A stretch of 64,000 nt of DNA from positions 1,362,590 through 1,426,589 of the forward strand of contig CAWHLZ010000004.1 in NCBI GenBank assembly GCA_963830345.1, written 5' to 3'. Origin of the DNA: an uncultured Solirubrobacteraceae bacterium. GTDB taxonomy: Bacteria; Actinomycetota; Thermoleophilia; Solirubrobacterales; Solirubrobacteraceae. Position numbers and translations under genes: made by a program. The notes beneath the pieces were generated by a model that ran no database searches, had not been told where the DNA came from, and saw nothing but the letters and a program-made list of their open reading frames with translations. This document shows positions 24,144-41,224 of the stretch, piece by piece; positions within the stretch are counted from its first letter, which is position 1; each line of letters opens with the position of its first letter.

Positions 24144-24674
24144 TCAGTGCGTACCGGGAGCCGGCTTGGGCGCCTCGCAAGCGTCCCCCGCGGAGGTGTC
24201 CTCGACCATCGTGCCGAGGCGCTCGAGCACGCGTGTGGCCGCGCGCAGCTCATCGATCTCGATGCCCGTGAGCGCCTGCTCCCAGCGGCTCTGCCAGGCC
24301 TCACGCTTGGCTGCGATCTTGCTGGTGCCCTGGGTGGTCAGCCGCGAGACCACGACCCTGCGGTCAGTCTCAGAGCGGACGCGTTCGACGTGGCCGCAGG
24401 CTGCGAGATGGTCGAGCATCTGCGTGACGGTGGCCGGTGTCAGGCGAGCCGCAGCTGCGAGCTCGCCCGCCGCCAGCTCACCGCGCTCGTCGAGCTCGAT
24501 CAGGAGCTCGAACTGAGCGTGGCTCAGCTCCGCCCCGCCGAGGTGCGTGTCGCGTCCGCGCATGCGGCTGAGGGTGCGAAAGACGCGGCGGAAGGCCATG
24601 CCCAGCGCGATCAGCTCGGCGCTGCGCTCACCGGTGGCCGCGGCTGGACGTGTGGCGGTGGCAGCGTTGCTCAT
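24144..24674 (-). CDS. MarR-family transcriptional regulator
   Basis: LSHAQFELLIELDERGELAAGELAAAARLTPATVTQMLDHLAACGHVERVRSETDRRVVVSRLTTQG is a typical MarR wHTH. I chose the ATG at 24674 (MSNAAT), 10 nt after the MFS stop; the track ORF extends to 24761. Confidence 0.85.
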   Translation of the reverse strand: MSNAATATRPAAATGERSAELIALGMAFRRVFRTLSRMRGRDTHLGGAELSHAQFELLIELDERGELAAGELAAAARLTPATVTQMLDHLAACGHVERVRSETDRRVVVSRLTTQGTSKIAAKREAWQSRWEQALTGIEIDELRAATRVLERLGTMVEDTSAGDACEAPKPAPGTH

Positions 24675-24684
24675 GCGAGCCTCG

Positions 24685-26172
24685 TCAGGCTCCGAGCGGC
24701 TCGACCGCGGACTCGGCGTTGGCGGCGTCGCGGCTAAGCCGCGCGCGCGGGTTCTCGGCACGAAGCAGCGCCAGGCAGGGGATCAGCGCCAGCACCGAGA
24801 TCGCGAGCGACCACCAGTAGGCGCTGTCGAACGCTCCCGCGAGCTGGGTCAGCGAGTGAGCGTGGCTTTCGCCGCGCTGCAGGACGACCGCCAGCACCGC
24901 CACTCCGATCGCGCCGCCGGAGCGCTGGAGGACGTTCAACTGGGGCGTCGCGTCCGAGAGCTGCTCGGGACGCATCGAGGCGAAGGCGGCGCTCATCGCG
25001 GGTACAAACGCGAAGCCGATGCCGACACCCCGCAGCAGCAGCACGAGCGAGATCTGGACGATCGACGTGCTCGCGCCGACGAATGCCAGGGGGACCGTAC
25101 CAATGCAGAGGATCGAGACGCCCACCAGCGCGATCCGGCCGCCGCCGAAGCGCTCGGTCAGGCGACCGACGAGTGGCATCACCAGCAGCATGCCGAGACC
25201 TTGCGGACCGACGAGCAGCCCTGTCACGATCACGCTCTCGTGGCGAACCTCTTGGTAGTAGTAGGGCACGAGGATCATCGCCCCGAACAGTGACGCGCCG
25301 AGCGCGAAGGTGGTCAGCGAAGCGGCTCCGAAGACACGGTTGGCGTACAGTCGGATGTCGATCAGCGGGCGCTCGACGCGTAGCGCGTGCCAGGCGAAGA
25401 CGGCACTGAGGGCAAGTCCACCGACGATCGGCCAGACGACGCTCGGCGCCGTCAGGCTGCTGTTTGAACCGAGCTGGCTGAGGCCGTAGACGACTGCCGT
25501 CGACCCCCCAGAGAGCAGGCCGACGCCCACTACGTCCAGACGTCCGGCTACTCCGGAGTCGGTCTTGGGCAGCATCCGCCACGCCAGTAGGAGCGCGATC
25601 GCGCCGATCGGGACGTTCACGAGGAAGATCCACGACCAGTGCAGCTTCTCGAGGATCGCACCACCTACGACCGGCCCGAGGATCGGCGCGAGCATCGCGG
25701 GCATCGAAACGATTCCCATCACCCGCCCCATCCGCTTGGGCCCTGAGACCTGAGCCATGATCAGTTGGCCGACCGGCATGATCATCCCACCGCCGACACC
25801 CTGCATCACGCGGAAAAGCACGAGCGAAGTGGTCGAAGCGGACACCGCACAGAGCGCCGAGCCGATCGTGAAGAGCACGAGCGAAGTCATGTACACGCGC
25901 TTGGCGCCGAAGCGCCGTGCGGCCCAGCCCGTGACCGGGATGACCGCCGCCAGCGACAGTAGATAGCCGGTGACCACCCACTGGATCTGGGCAATCGAGC
26001 TGTGCAGTTCGTGACCGAGGGTCCGCAGCGCCACGTTCACAATCGTGGTGTCGAGGATCGACATGATCATGCCGAGGATCACCACGCCGGCGATCTTCCA
26101 CACGTAGGGCTCTATCCGCTCGGAGGCCTCGGGGTGGAAGCCTGGATCGGTTGTCGTCGCCGGGGAGGACAT
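24685..26172 (-). CDS. MFS transporter, 14-TMS DHA2 (EmrB/QacA)-like efflux pump
   Basis: 495 aa, highly hydrophobic. It has MSILDTTIVNVALRTLGHEL...IQWVVTGYLLSLAAVIPVTGWAARRFGAKR, typical of the drug:H+ antiporter-2 family. Confidence 0.88.
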   Translation of the reverse strand: MSSPATTTDPGFHPEASERIEPYVWKIAGVVILGMIMSILDTTIVNVALRTLGHELHSSIAQIQWVVTGYLLSLAAVIPVTGWAARRFGAKRVYMTSLVLFTIGSALCAVSASTTSLVLFRVMQGVGGGMIMPVGQLIMAQVSGPKRMGRVMGIVSMPAMLAPILGPVVGGAILEKLHWSWIFLVNVPIGAIALLLAWRMLPKTDSGVAGRLDVVGVGLLSGGSTAVVYGLSQLGSNSSLTAPSVVWPIVGGLALSAVFAWHALRVERPLIDIRLYANRVFGAASLTTFALGASLFGAMILVPYYYQEVRHESVIVTGLLVGPQGLGMLLVMPLVGRLTERFGGGRIALVGVSILCIGTVPLAFVGASTSIVQISLVLLLRGVGIGFAFVPAMSAAFASMRPEQLSDATPQLNVLQRSGGAIGVAVLAVVLQRGESHAHSLTQLAGAFDSAYWWSLAISVLALIPCLALLRAENPRARLSRDAANAESAVEPLGA

Positions 26173-26232
26173 TCGGTACCTGAAGTTTAGGTACCAAACC
26201 TTCGTTCTTCAACCCCTCGGTCTGCATGGTGT

Positions 26233-26350
26233 TCGGTGGGCGCATGCGCCCACCGACGGGCCGCACATGTGCGGCCCGGGCAGCGCCACATGTGGCGCTG
26301 CCGTCGAGCGGCGCATGCGCCGCTCGACGAACCCGCGCATGCGCGGGTTC
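26233..26350. repeat. Block of five directly abutting perfect palindromes (24, 22, 24, 26 and 22 bp), each centred on CATG
   Basis: tcggtgggcgcatgcgcccaccga | cgggccgcacatgtgcggcccg | ggcagcgccacatgtggcgctgcc | gtcgagcggcgcatgcgccgctcgac | gaacccgcgcatgcgcgggttc. I verified each as its own reverse complement, and the coordinates are anchored to the track ORF 26236..27630. Confidence 0.9.
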
Positions 26351-26400
26351 GTCCCCCGAGTCCGTGGAACGTCGAGAAGGTTCAGACTCGTGGCCCCGTA

Positions 26401-26496
26401 GGGCGTCGAGGAGCAAGCGAGGCAAGGACGCAGCGAGCGAAGTGTGCTTCGCACATGAGCGAGCGAGGACGCCGCCTCGCGCCGCTTATCGACGCC
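26401..26496. repeat. 96-bp structured element bounded by a 9-bp inverted repeat, starting directly after the rpsG stop codon; loosely related to E1/E2
   Basis: gggcgtcga (26401-26409) pairs with tcgacgccc (26488-26496). There is an inner hairpin gcgaag-tgtg-cttcgc. It shares aggacgcag...gcgaagtg and gagcgagcgaggacgc strings with E1. Confidence 0.45.
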
Positions 26497-26967
26497 CTAC
26501 CAACGGTAGTGCGCGAAGGCCTTGTTTGCCTGCGCCATGCGGTAAATGTCGTCCTTGCGCTTGTACGCGCCGCCCTGCTGAGACTGCGCGTCCATCAGCT
26601 CGTTTGCCAGCCGCTGGGCCATCGTCTTCTCGCGCCGCTGTCTGGCGAACTCGACCAGCCAGCGCACGGCCAGCGTGCGGGCACGCCTGGTGGGCACCTC
26701 CACGGGCACCTGATAGGTCGCACCGCCCACCCGCCGCGAGCGGACCTCCAGCGAGGGCGTCAGCGCCTTGACCGCCGCATCGAGCGTCTCGACGGGATCT
26801 TTGTCGCTGCGCTCGCCCAGCAGTGCCAGTGCGTCATAGACGATCCGCTCGGCTGTCGACTTCTTGCCGTCGAGCATCACCTTGTTGATCACCTGCTGGA
26901 CCAGCTTGGAGCGGTGGATTGGGTCCGCCTCGACGGGGCGGATTTGAGCTGCTGCACGACGGGGCAT
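26497..26967 (-). CDS. rpsG: 30S ribosomal protein S7
   Basis: 156 aa, [44 protein letters not shown]. Confidence 0.97.
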   Translation of the reverse strand: MPRRAAAQIRPVEADPIHRSKLVQQVINKVMLDGKKSTAERIVYDALALLGERSDKDPVETLDAAVKALTPSLEVRSRRVGGATYQVPVEVPTRRARTLAVRWLVEFARQRREKTMAQRLANELMDAQSQQGGAYKRKDDIYRMAQANKAFAHYRW

Positions 26968-27000
26968 CGGTGTCTCGTTCCTGGAAGCGGTGGGCTGCGG

Positions 27001-27396
27001 CTATTTTTTCTTGACGCCGTACTGCGAGCGTGCCTTCTTGCGATCGCTCACGCCGGCCGCATCGAGCGTGCCACGGACGACCTTGTAGCGCACTCCCGGC
27101 AGATCCTTGACGCGGCCGCCGCGCACGAGCACCACCGAGTGCTCCTGCAGGTTGTGCCCCTCACCGGGGATGTATGCGGTCACCTCGATCGATCCGGAGA
27201 TGCGTACACGCGCGACCTTACGCAGCGCGGAGTTAGGCTTCTTCGGGGTGGTCGTGTATACGCGCGTGCACACCCCGCGCCGCTGCGGCGCCGCGACCTT
27301 CTTCTTGCGGCCCTTGCCGGACTTCAAGCCGGGGGTGGCGATCTTCTTCTTGGGGGTCACGCGCCCCTTGCGCACGAGTTGCGAGGTGGTTGGCAT
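27001..27396 (-). CDS. rpsL: 30S ribosomal protein S12
   Basis: 131 aa, [12 protein letters not shown]...[51 protein letters not shown]. Confidence 0.97.
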   Translation of the reverse strand: MPTTSQLVRKGRVTPKKKIATPGLKSGKGRKKKVAAPQRRGVCTRVYTTTPKKPNSALRKVARVRISGSIEVTAYIPGEGHNLQEHSVVLVRGGRVKDLPGVRYKVVRGTLDAAGVSDRKKARSQYGVKKK

Positions 27397-27417
27397 TCGC
27401 GCGAGATGCTAGCAGCG

Positions 27418-28296
27418 CTAGGCAGCCAGGGGCACGCCGGCCGCACGCACGGGCGCGGGCATCAACGCAGCGGCCACCACCACGAGCACAAACGCGAGCG
27501 CCTGCAGCAGCACTCCGGCGGTGCTCCCGGCCACGGGGTCGCCGAACACGACGATCCCGCCGGCGATGCCGGCGATGTTTGCGGCGGTGCCGGTCACGGC
27601 GATCACGGGGACCGCCTCGCCGTCCTGTAGCCCGCGGGCAGAGGCGTAAAACGCGATGATCGATGCGAACACGGCGACGGCCAGCCACGGGCTCAGCACC
27701 AGGCCAACGAGGCCGTGCGCGCCGGTGATGCCGGTGAGCGCCTTGATAGCGGTGTCGGAGACGCCGAACAGGACACCGGAGGCGGCGCCAAGCATCATCC
27801 CGTGATGCTCGACCGGGCCACCCATGCGCGGGCCCATCAGCAGTAGGCCACCGAGCCCGAACAGGCCGGCCTCGAAGGAGATCATGGCGGCCTGCGAGAA
27901 GTGCGAGTGCGCCCCGTGCATTGCCGGCAGCGTCACGCCCAGCAGCACCAGTCCAGCGGCCGTCAGGAACAGGCCCAGCCACTGGCGGCGGCCGACCTTG
28001 AAGCCGAACAGACGCTCGGCCATCACCGCGATGAACACCACGCCCGCCGCCAGCGAGACCTGGATGACCGACATCGGCGCCATCGCCAGTGCCGCTACGT
28101 GCAGACCCCAGCTGGCCGTGGCAATGATCATGCCCAGCGTGAACCACTTCGAGGAGTACAGCGCCCTGACCGAGCGCAGCGGGTGCATGACCTGCACCTT
28201 CGGCACGGAGTTGGCTCCCCGGTACTTGTAGAAGAAGCCCAGGTTCGCCACAAAGGCGCACGCGAGCGCAAGGAGTATGCCTAGATCCATGGTCAT
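27418..28296 (-). CDS. Polytopic integral membrane protein (about 9-10 TMS; the resemblance to the DMT/EamA superfamily is only a guess)
   Basis: Long hydrophobic ORF (MTMDLGILLALACAFVANLGFFYKY...). I chose the start MTMD at 28296; the track ORF extends to 28371. The stop is only 21 nt upstream of the rpsL start. Confidence 0.6.
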   Translation of the reverse strand: MTMDLGILLALACAFVANLGFFYKYRGANSVPKVQVMHPLRSVRALYSSKWFTLGMIIATASWGLHVAALAMAPMSVIQVSLAAGVVFIAVMAERLFGFKVGRRQWLGLFLTAAGLVLLGVTLPAMHGAHSHFSQAAMISFEAGLFGLGGLLLMGPRMGGPVEHHGMMLGAASGVLFGVSDTAIKALTGITGAHGLVGLVLSPWLAVAVFASIIAFYASARGLQDGEAVPVIAVTGTAANIAGIAGGIVVFGDPVAGSTAGVLLQALAFVLVVVAAALMPAPVRAAGVPLAA

Positions 28297-28406
28297 TGTC
28301 GGGGGAGAGACGGGGTGGTCATCGGCGGGCGCTACCGACTGCTTTACTGCGCACGAGCGAACTCGGCACATCCACCGTCCGCGGCAGCCTATCTGGCCGA
28401 ACCTCT

Positions 28407-28973
28407 ATGCGAGCTAAAGAGCGCCTCAGCGACGCCAACGGGCGCAAGCTACCGCTGCTGATGGTCGACATCGACGGCGTCGTGTCTCTGTTTGGCGGCT
28501 GGGAACGGGCTGGATGGGAACGAGACGGCCAAGGCAGCGGTCGGTCGGTCGATGGGTCTTTCCATTCGATCGACGGCATACCTCACTTTCTTTCGTCCAC
28601 CGCCGCCGCGCACCTGCTTGAGCTGTCGGTGCTGTTCGAGATGGTGTGGGCGAGTGGCTGGGAGGAGCGGGCCAATGAACATCTCCCCCATCTGCTGGGG
28701 CTGCCGCGGGAGCTGCCGTTCCTGCGCTTCGCCCGCGCGGTCGGCCGCGCCAACGCGCACTGGAAGCTCGAAGCGATCGATGCTTACGCCGGCGGACGGC
28801 CGCTCGCCTGGGTCGACGATGCGCTCAATCCCGCCTGCCATGAGTGGGCGCGTGCGCGTGGCGCACCGACGCTGCTTGTGCAGACCGACCCCGAGCACGG
28901 TCTGACCGCGCGGGAGGCGACGCGACTGGTGGGCTGGGCGCAGGCTCTGCACGAGCGCCCAGCCGACAGGTAA
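28407..28973 (+). CDS. HAD-superfamily-like protein
   Basis: LLMVDIDGVVSL matches HAD motif I (DxDG); ...WVDDAL... lies near the C-terminus. I chose the ATG at 28407 (MRAKERLSD). It is the only plus-strand gene in the core block. Its stop lies 3 nt from the convergent rpoC stop. Confidence 0.6.
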   Translation: MRAKERLSDANGRKLPLLMVDIDGVVSLFGGWERAGWERDGQGSGRSVDGSFHSIDGIPHFLSSTAAAHLLELSVLFEMVWASGWEERANEHLPHLLGLPRELPFLRFARAVGRANAHWKLEAIDAYAGGRPLAWVDDALNPACHEWARARGAPTLLVQTDPEHGLTAREATRLVGWAQALHERPADR

Positions 28974-28976
28974 CGG

Positions 28977-36736
<7,760 letters not shown>

Positions 36737-37072
36737 GAAATGACTCCTTCGGAGGGCGATACACGGGCAGAGGAGGGCGCCGAAGCGCGACTAAGAAAGA
36801 TAGCACAGGCCATCCGTACCCTGAAGGGCGGCCAGCGCTCACGGACCCCGCCCTTCGAGAAATTCGCGTATGTGGCGCGACCTCGGCGCTGCGGGCGGCT
36901 GCGACTATCGGCTAGCTAAGGGCACTTTACCGGAAAACACGAGGATTTGTTAGCGGTGCATAAAGCATGGCCCACCGTTTGTGGCGGGCTCCTCCCTATG
37001 ACCCGGACCCCTCGGTCGCATCGCCACGGACCGCCCCCGGCCGCGGGGTCACAACGCGCGCAGCCCCCAGCC

Positions 37073-37134
37073 AAGCGAAGCCGTCCGTCCGGCGGTCGCC
37101 GCGAAGTCGCGACCGCCGGGCGGACGGCGAAGCG
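37073..37134 (-). terminator. Long GC-rich hairpin right after the rplL stop; second copy of the secY-distal hairpin (attenuator/terminator-like, no U-tract)
   Basis: ccgtccgtccggcggtcgc (37081-37099) pairs with gcgaccgccgggcggacgg (37108-37126) with one mismatch. The flanking gcgaag.../...ggcgaagcgctacttca is shared with 7561-7630. Confidence 0.5.
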
Positions 37135-37521
37135 CTACTTCACCTCGACGCTCGCGCCGGCCTCCTCGAGTTCCTGCTTGAGCTTGTCGGCCTCCTCGCG
37201 TTCGATGCCCTCCTTGACCGGCTTGGGGGCCTCGTCGACGAGCGCCTTGGCCTCTTTGAGGCCAAGGCCGGTTGCCGCGCGCACGACCTTAATGACCTGG
37301 ATCTTCTTGTCGCCGGCGCCGGTGAGGATCACGTCGACGGTGCTGCTCACTTCCTCCTCAGCAGCAGCGTCCCCGCCACCGCCTGCAGGCGCTGCCGCAG
37401 GGGCCGCGACGGCTGCGGCGGACACGCCGAACTCCTCCTCGAGCGCCTTGATCCGCTCGGCGAGCTCGAGCACGGAGATGCCCTTCAGCTCCTCGATCCA
37501 ATCTTGTGTGCTGGTAGCCAT
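37135..37521 (-). CDS. rplL: 50S ribosomal protein L7/L12
   Basis: 128 aa, ...[61 protein letters not shown]. Confidence 0.96.
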   Translation of the reverse strand: MATSTQDWIEELKGISVLELAERIKALEEEFGVSAAAVAAPAAAPAGGGGDAAAEEEVSSTVDVILTGAGDKKIQVIKVVRAATGLGLKEAKALVDEAPKPVKEGIEREEADKLKQELEEAGASVEVK

Positions 37522-37526
37522 GTGTG

Positions 37527-38357
37527 TCAGTCCTCCTTGGTGGGATTCGTCTCGGCGTCCTCGGGCTGGCTCTCAGCCGAGACGTCCGCCTGGTTGTCGT
37601 CTGCTTGCGCCGGCTCATCCTGCGCCGGCTCAGTCTTGGTCTGGGGCTCCGCCTCAGCGGCGGGCTCCTCATCAGCCGCCGGCTCTGCCGCCGCGGGCTC
37701 AGTCTCAGCCGCCTCGGCGGCAGGCGCCTCAGCAGCCGACTCCCCGTCGACGGGCTCCGCCTCAGCCGCAGGCGCCTCGGCCGCCGGCTCAACCTCGGGC
37801 GTGGCCTCGGCGGCTGGCGCGTCGCCGGCGGGGATCTCGCCGGACTCCTTCTTCTCGCGCACCTGGCCGAGCGCGACGGCGAGGCCGCCGAGCAGGCCGC
37901 CGAGCGAGCGCACGAGGCCACCGATGGGCGAGGCGACGACGCCGACGAGCTGGGCGTAGAGCACTTCGCGCGAGGGCAGGCGCGAGAGCGAGCGGATCTG
38001 ATCGACGTCGAGCGTGTCGGCACCCATGAGCCCGCCCTTGAATGGCAGCAGCTGGGTGATGCGGGCGTAGTCGGCGACGGTTTTGGCGGCGGTGGCAACG
38101 TCGCCGCGCACGAATGTCAGCGCAGTCGGCCCCGTCAGGTAATCCTTGAGCGACTCGGCGCCAACCTGGTCGGCGGCGCGCTCGGTGAGCGAGTTCTTGA
38201 CGACCTTGAAGGTGGCGTCGGACTCGCGCAGCTTGGCGCGCAGCTCGGCGACCTGCGCGACGGAGATGCCGCGATAGTCGACGGCGAAGATCGCGTCGGA
38301 CTCGTCTATGTGGCTGGCGATCTCGGCGATCGCCACGGCCTTCTGGTCTCGGTTCAT
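37527..38357 (-). CDS. rplJ: 50S ribosomal protein L10 with an Ala/Glu/Pro-rich C-terminal extension of about 100 aa
   Basis: 276 aa, [44 protein letters not shown]...; the tail is [58 protein letters not shown].... Confidence 0.93.
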   Translation of the reverse strand: MNRDQKAVAIAEIASHIDESDAIFAVDYRGISVAQVAELRAKLRESDATFKVVKNSLTERAADQVGAESLKDYLTGPTALTFVRGDVATAAKTVADYARITQLLPFKGGLMGADTLDVDQIRSLSRLPSREVLYAQLVGVVASPIGGLVRSLGGLLGGLAVALGQVREKKESGEIPAGDAPAAEATPEVEPAAEAPAAEAEPVDGESAAEAPAAEAAETEPAAAEPAADEEPAAEAEPQTKTEPAQDEPAQADDNQADVSAESQPEDAETNPTKED

Positions 38358-38448
38358 GGGGCTCCTGTCCCGGGCTTGTGCCGCGCTGGCCGATCTTCGA
38401 TCGGTCCACGACTGCCGGAGGTCTTTGGTGGCCTATGGCGGGATGACG

Positions 38449-39180
38449 CTAGGCGGCGATGGTAGCCGCGGGCGCCTCCTCGATGATTTCGCGTGTCTTT
38501 GAGGGGTCCACCTTGACACCGGGACCCATGGTCGAGGCGATGGTAATCGAGCGTAGGTAACGGCCTTTGGCGGCGGACGGCTTGGCGCGGATCAGCTCTT
38601 CGACGACGGCGGCGTAGTTCTCGAGCAGCTTGCGCTCCTCGAAGCTGACCTTGCCGATGACGAGGTGCACGATGGCGCTGCGGTCGGTGCGGTACTCGAC
38701 CTTGCCGGACTTGGACTCCTCGACGGCTTTGCCGACGTCCATGGTGACGGTGCCAACTTTGGGGTTGGGCATCTTGCCGGAAGGCCCGAGGATGCGCCCG
38801 AGCTGGCCGACGACGGACATCATGTCGGGCGTGGCGATGGCGACGTCGAAGTCGTCGAAGCCCTCCTGAATCCGTTTGGCGAGATCCTGAGCGCCAACGA
38901 CGTCGGCGCCGGCCTCTTCGGCCTCGCGCGCCTTCTCGCCCTGAGCGAACACGGCGACCTTGACGTCCTTGCCGAGACCGTTGGGGAGGGCAATGGTGCC
39001 GCGCAGCTGCTCGTCGGCGTGGCGCACGTTGAGGCCGGTGCGCACGTGCACCTCGACCGTCTCGTCGAACTTGGCGCCGCCGAGGCCGCGCACCAGTGCG
39101 ATTGCCTCGACGGGCTGGTACTCGTGCTCGCGGTCGACCTTGGCGAGCAGCTCGGAGTAACGCTTGCCGTGCCCGCTCAC
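38449..39180 (-). CDS. rplA: 50S ribosomal protein L1
   Basis: 243 aa, ...[42 protein letters not shown]. Confidence 0.96.
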   Translation of the reverse strand: MSGHGKRYSELLAKVDREHEYQPVEAIALVRGLGGAKFDETVEVHVRTGLNVRHADEQLRGTIALPNGLGKDVKVAVFAQGEKAREAEEAGADVVGAQDLAKRIQEGFDDFDVAIATPDMMSVVGQLGRILGPSGKMPNPKVGTVTMDVGKAVEESKSGKVEYRTDRSAIVHLVIGKVSFEERKLLENYAAVVEELIRAKPSAAKGRYLRSITIASTMGPGVKVDPSKTREIIEEAPAATIAA

Positions 39181-39602
39181 GACGCAACCTCCACGCCCAT
39201 CGAGCGGGCGGTTCCAGCGATGATCTTGGCGGCCTGGTCGACGTCGTGGGCGTTGAGATCGTCCAGCTTGCGCTCGGCGATCTCACGCAACTGGCCCTGG
39301 GTGATGGTGCCGACCTTCACGCGATTGGGCTCGCCGGAGCCCTTGTTGATCTTGAGCGCCTGACGGATCAGCACGGCCGCCGGCGGAGTCTTGGTGACGA
39401 ACGTGAACGAGCGGTCCTCGTAGACGGTGATCACGACCGGGATGACGGTGCCGGTTTCGCTCTGCGTCTGCGCGTTGAACGCCTTGCAGAACTCCATGAT
39501 GTTGATCCCGTGCTGCCCCAGCGCAGGGCCGACCGGCGGGGCGGGGCTCGCCTGCCCGGCGTTCGCCTGCAGCTTGATGGTTGTGAGGACCTTCTTGGCC
39601 AT
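39177..39602 (-). CDS. rplK: 50S ribosomal protein L11
   Basis: 141 aa, [39 protein letters not shown]. Confidence 0.97.
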   Translation of the reverse strand: MAKKVLTTIKLQANAGQASPAPPVGPALGQHGINIMEFCKAFNAQTQSETGTVIPVVITVYEDRSFTFVTKTPPAAVLIRQALKINKGSGEPNRVKVGTITQGQLREIAERKLDDLNAHDVDQAAKIIAGTARSMGVEVAS

Positions 39603-40123
39603 TAGAGCTTCTTCACCTGATCAAATTGGACTTCGACTGGTGTCTCGCGACCGAAGATTGATACCAGCACCTTGAGCCGGGCGGCGTCGTCGTTGATCTC
39701 GGAGATCTCGCCGGAGAAGTCGGACAGCGGGCCGGAGACGACCTTGACGGACTCGCCGATCGTGAACTGGGCGCGGGCGCGAGTGGCGGTGGCGACCTCC
39801 TTGTGGAGCAGGCGATCGACCTCGCCCTGGGTGAGCGCCACGGGCTCTTGGGAAGCGCCGACGAAGCCGGTGACACCGGGCGTGCCCTTGACGACCCCCC
39901 AGGAGTCCTCATTGAGCTCCATGTTGACGAGCACGTACCCAGGCATGGTGCGCTTCTCGACTGTGACCTTCTGGTTGTCCTTCATCTCGGACACCGCTTC
40001 GGTGGGCACGACGACGCTGCGCACGGCGCGCTGCTGCCCGAGCGACACGACGCGGTGCTCGAGGTTGTGCTTGACCTTGTTCTCGTGGCCAGAGTATGTA
40101 TTTACGACGTACCAGCGAAACAT
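39602..40123 (-). CDS. nusG: Transcription termination/antitermination factor NusG
   Basis: 173 aa, [22 protein letters not shown]... with a C-terminal KOW ([24 protein letters not shown]). Confidence 0.95.
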   Translation of the reverse strand: MFRWYVVNTYSGHENKVKHNLEHRVVSLGQQRAVRSVVVPTEAVSEMKDNQKVTVEKRTMPGYVLVNMELNEDSWGVVKGTPGVTGFVGASQEPVALTQGEVDRLLHKEVATATRARAQFTIGESVKVVSGPLSDFSGEISEINDDAARLKVLVSIFGRETPVEVQFDQVKKL

Positions 40124-40130
40124 TTAGACC

Positions 40131-40760
40131 TCAGAGGACGAATTCCACGATTTCCTTGGCGACGGTGTCTGCCACGCCAAGATAGAGACCGGCGATCGCG
40201 ACGAACCCGATCACGACCGCGGTCGCCTGGGTGACCTGACGGCGATCCGGCCACTGCACCCGTTGGAGCTCAGCCCAGCTGGCACGCGCGAAGCCAATCG
40301 CGCGGTTGCCGCCGCGCAGAGGAGCACCGGACGGGCGCTCGCTGTCGCCCGGTCCTTCGCGACCTCCGAAGCCTCCGCCTGAGCCGTCAGGCGGAGTTGG
40401 TCCTTTCGGTCCTTGGGGTTCCTGAAGCTTGTCCTCGCCGATGTCACGCTCGGACAGAGCCTCGGCCTTGATTTCGACCTCGGAGAGCTGATCGGGCGCC
40501 ACGGGCATACCACCGGCGCCGCGGACGAGAGCGGCGTCAAACTCGTCGACGTCCGCGGAAGCATGGTCCAGTGATCCGGGCAGATCAGCGCGCTCGAGCG
40601 CTCCGGGCACGGCGGCGCTGGCCGATCTCTGATCGGTCGGCTGGCTCGGCGAGGTCGCCGGAGCGCCACTGGTCGCCCCGTCGCCGCCCGCACGCCGGCG
40701 GACAGCCGCGCCACCGCCGCGAGCGCGGCGCTGCTTTGCACGTTTGCGGTCACGGGCCAC
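40131..40760 (-). CDS. secE: Preprotein translocase subunit SecE with a long N-terminal low-complexity extension
   Basis: The C-terminal ~60 aa form SecE (FARASWAELQRVQWPDRRQVTQATAVVIGFVAIAGLYLGVADTVAKEIVEFVL). It sits between rpmG and nusG. Confidence 0.88.
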   Translation of the reverse strand: MARDRKRAKQRRARGGGAAVRRRAGGDGATSGAPATSPSQPTDQRSASAAVPGALERADLPGSLDHASADVDEFDAALVRGAGGMPVAPDQLSEVEIKAEALSERDIGEDKLQEPQGPKGPTPPDGSGGGFGGREGPGDSERPSGAPLRGGNRAIGFARASWAELQRVQWPDRRQVTQATAVVIGFVAIAGLYLGVADTVAKEIVEFVL

Positions 40761-40775
40761 GGCAGCGCTCCCGCG

Positions 40776-40940
40776 CTAACGGGTCTCCCTGTGGCTGGTG
40801 TGCTTGCGACACCAACGGCAGTACTTGCGCAGGGTGATCCGGTCAGGGTTGTTGCGCTTGCTCTTGTTTGTCTGGTAGTTGCGATGCTTGCACTCCTCGC
40901 AGGCGAGGGTGACAGCAATTCGAACGTCTCCGCGGGCCAT
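40776..40940 (-). CDS. rpmG: 50S ribosomal protein L33
   Basis: 54 aa from the internal ATG: [54 protein letters not shown] (CxxC...CxxC). Confidence 0.93.
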   Translation of the reverse strand: MARGDVRIAVTLACEECKHRNYQTNKSKRNNPDRITLRKYCRWCRKHTSHRETR

Positions 40941-41224
40941 GATCAGAAATCCCTGCGTCGTTGTGGACAGGCGACTCTGGGCGAAGAAAAACCCCGCCCA
41001 GGCGCGAGGTCCAAGCAGTCTAGCGCGCTTTCGGCCTGAGGAACCCGCCCGTCGAGCGGGCATCGACCCGCCCGCCCGAACGTGCATCGGCGAGGTTGAC
41101 GCGCGCGGCGCGATCACACGGCGCGATTGAGCTTGACGCGAGCGGCGCAAACCGCGAAGCTCGCACCGCCGATCTGTTCCTGACCCGCCGCCAGCCAGCA
41201 CACCCAGAGAAGGAGATCCACACG

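Noticed and set aside
26233-26350. The palindrome block as a CRISPR array
   Set aside because: The five units differ in sequence, abut without spacers and are individually palindromic. There is no repeat-spacer periodicity and no cas genes.
24734-28261. ORFs 24734..26425 (-, 563 aa), 26236..27630 (+, 464 aa) and 27233..28261 (-, 342 aa)
   Set aside because: Arg/Pro-rich shadow frames overlapping the MFS pump, rpsG/rpsL and the membrane protein. The 26236 ORF simply reads through the palindrome block.
40761-41224. A tRNA gene (for example the tRNA-Trp often found near rpmG/secE) and tRNAs or rRNAs in other spacers
   Set aside because: The rpmG-secE gap is only 15 nt. I found no cloverleaf-like sequence (acceptor/T-arm GTTCRANYC) upstream of rpmG or in the other intergenic regions by eye.
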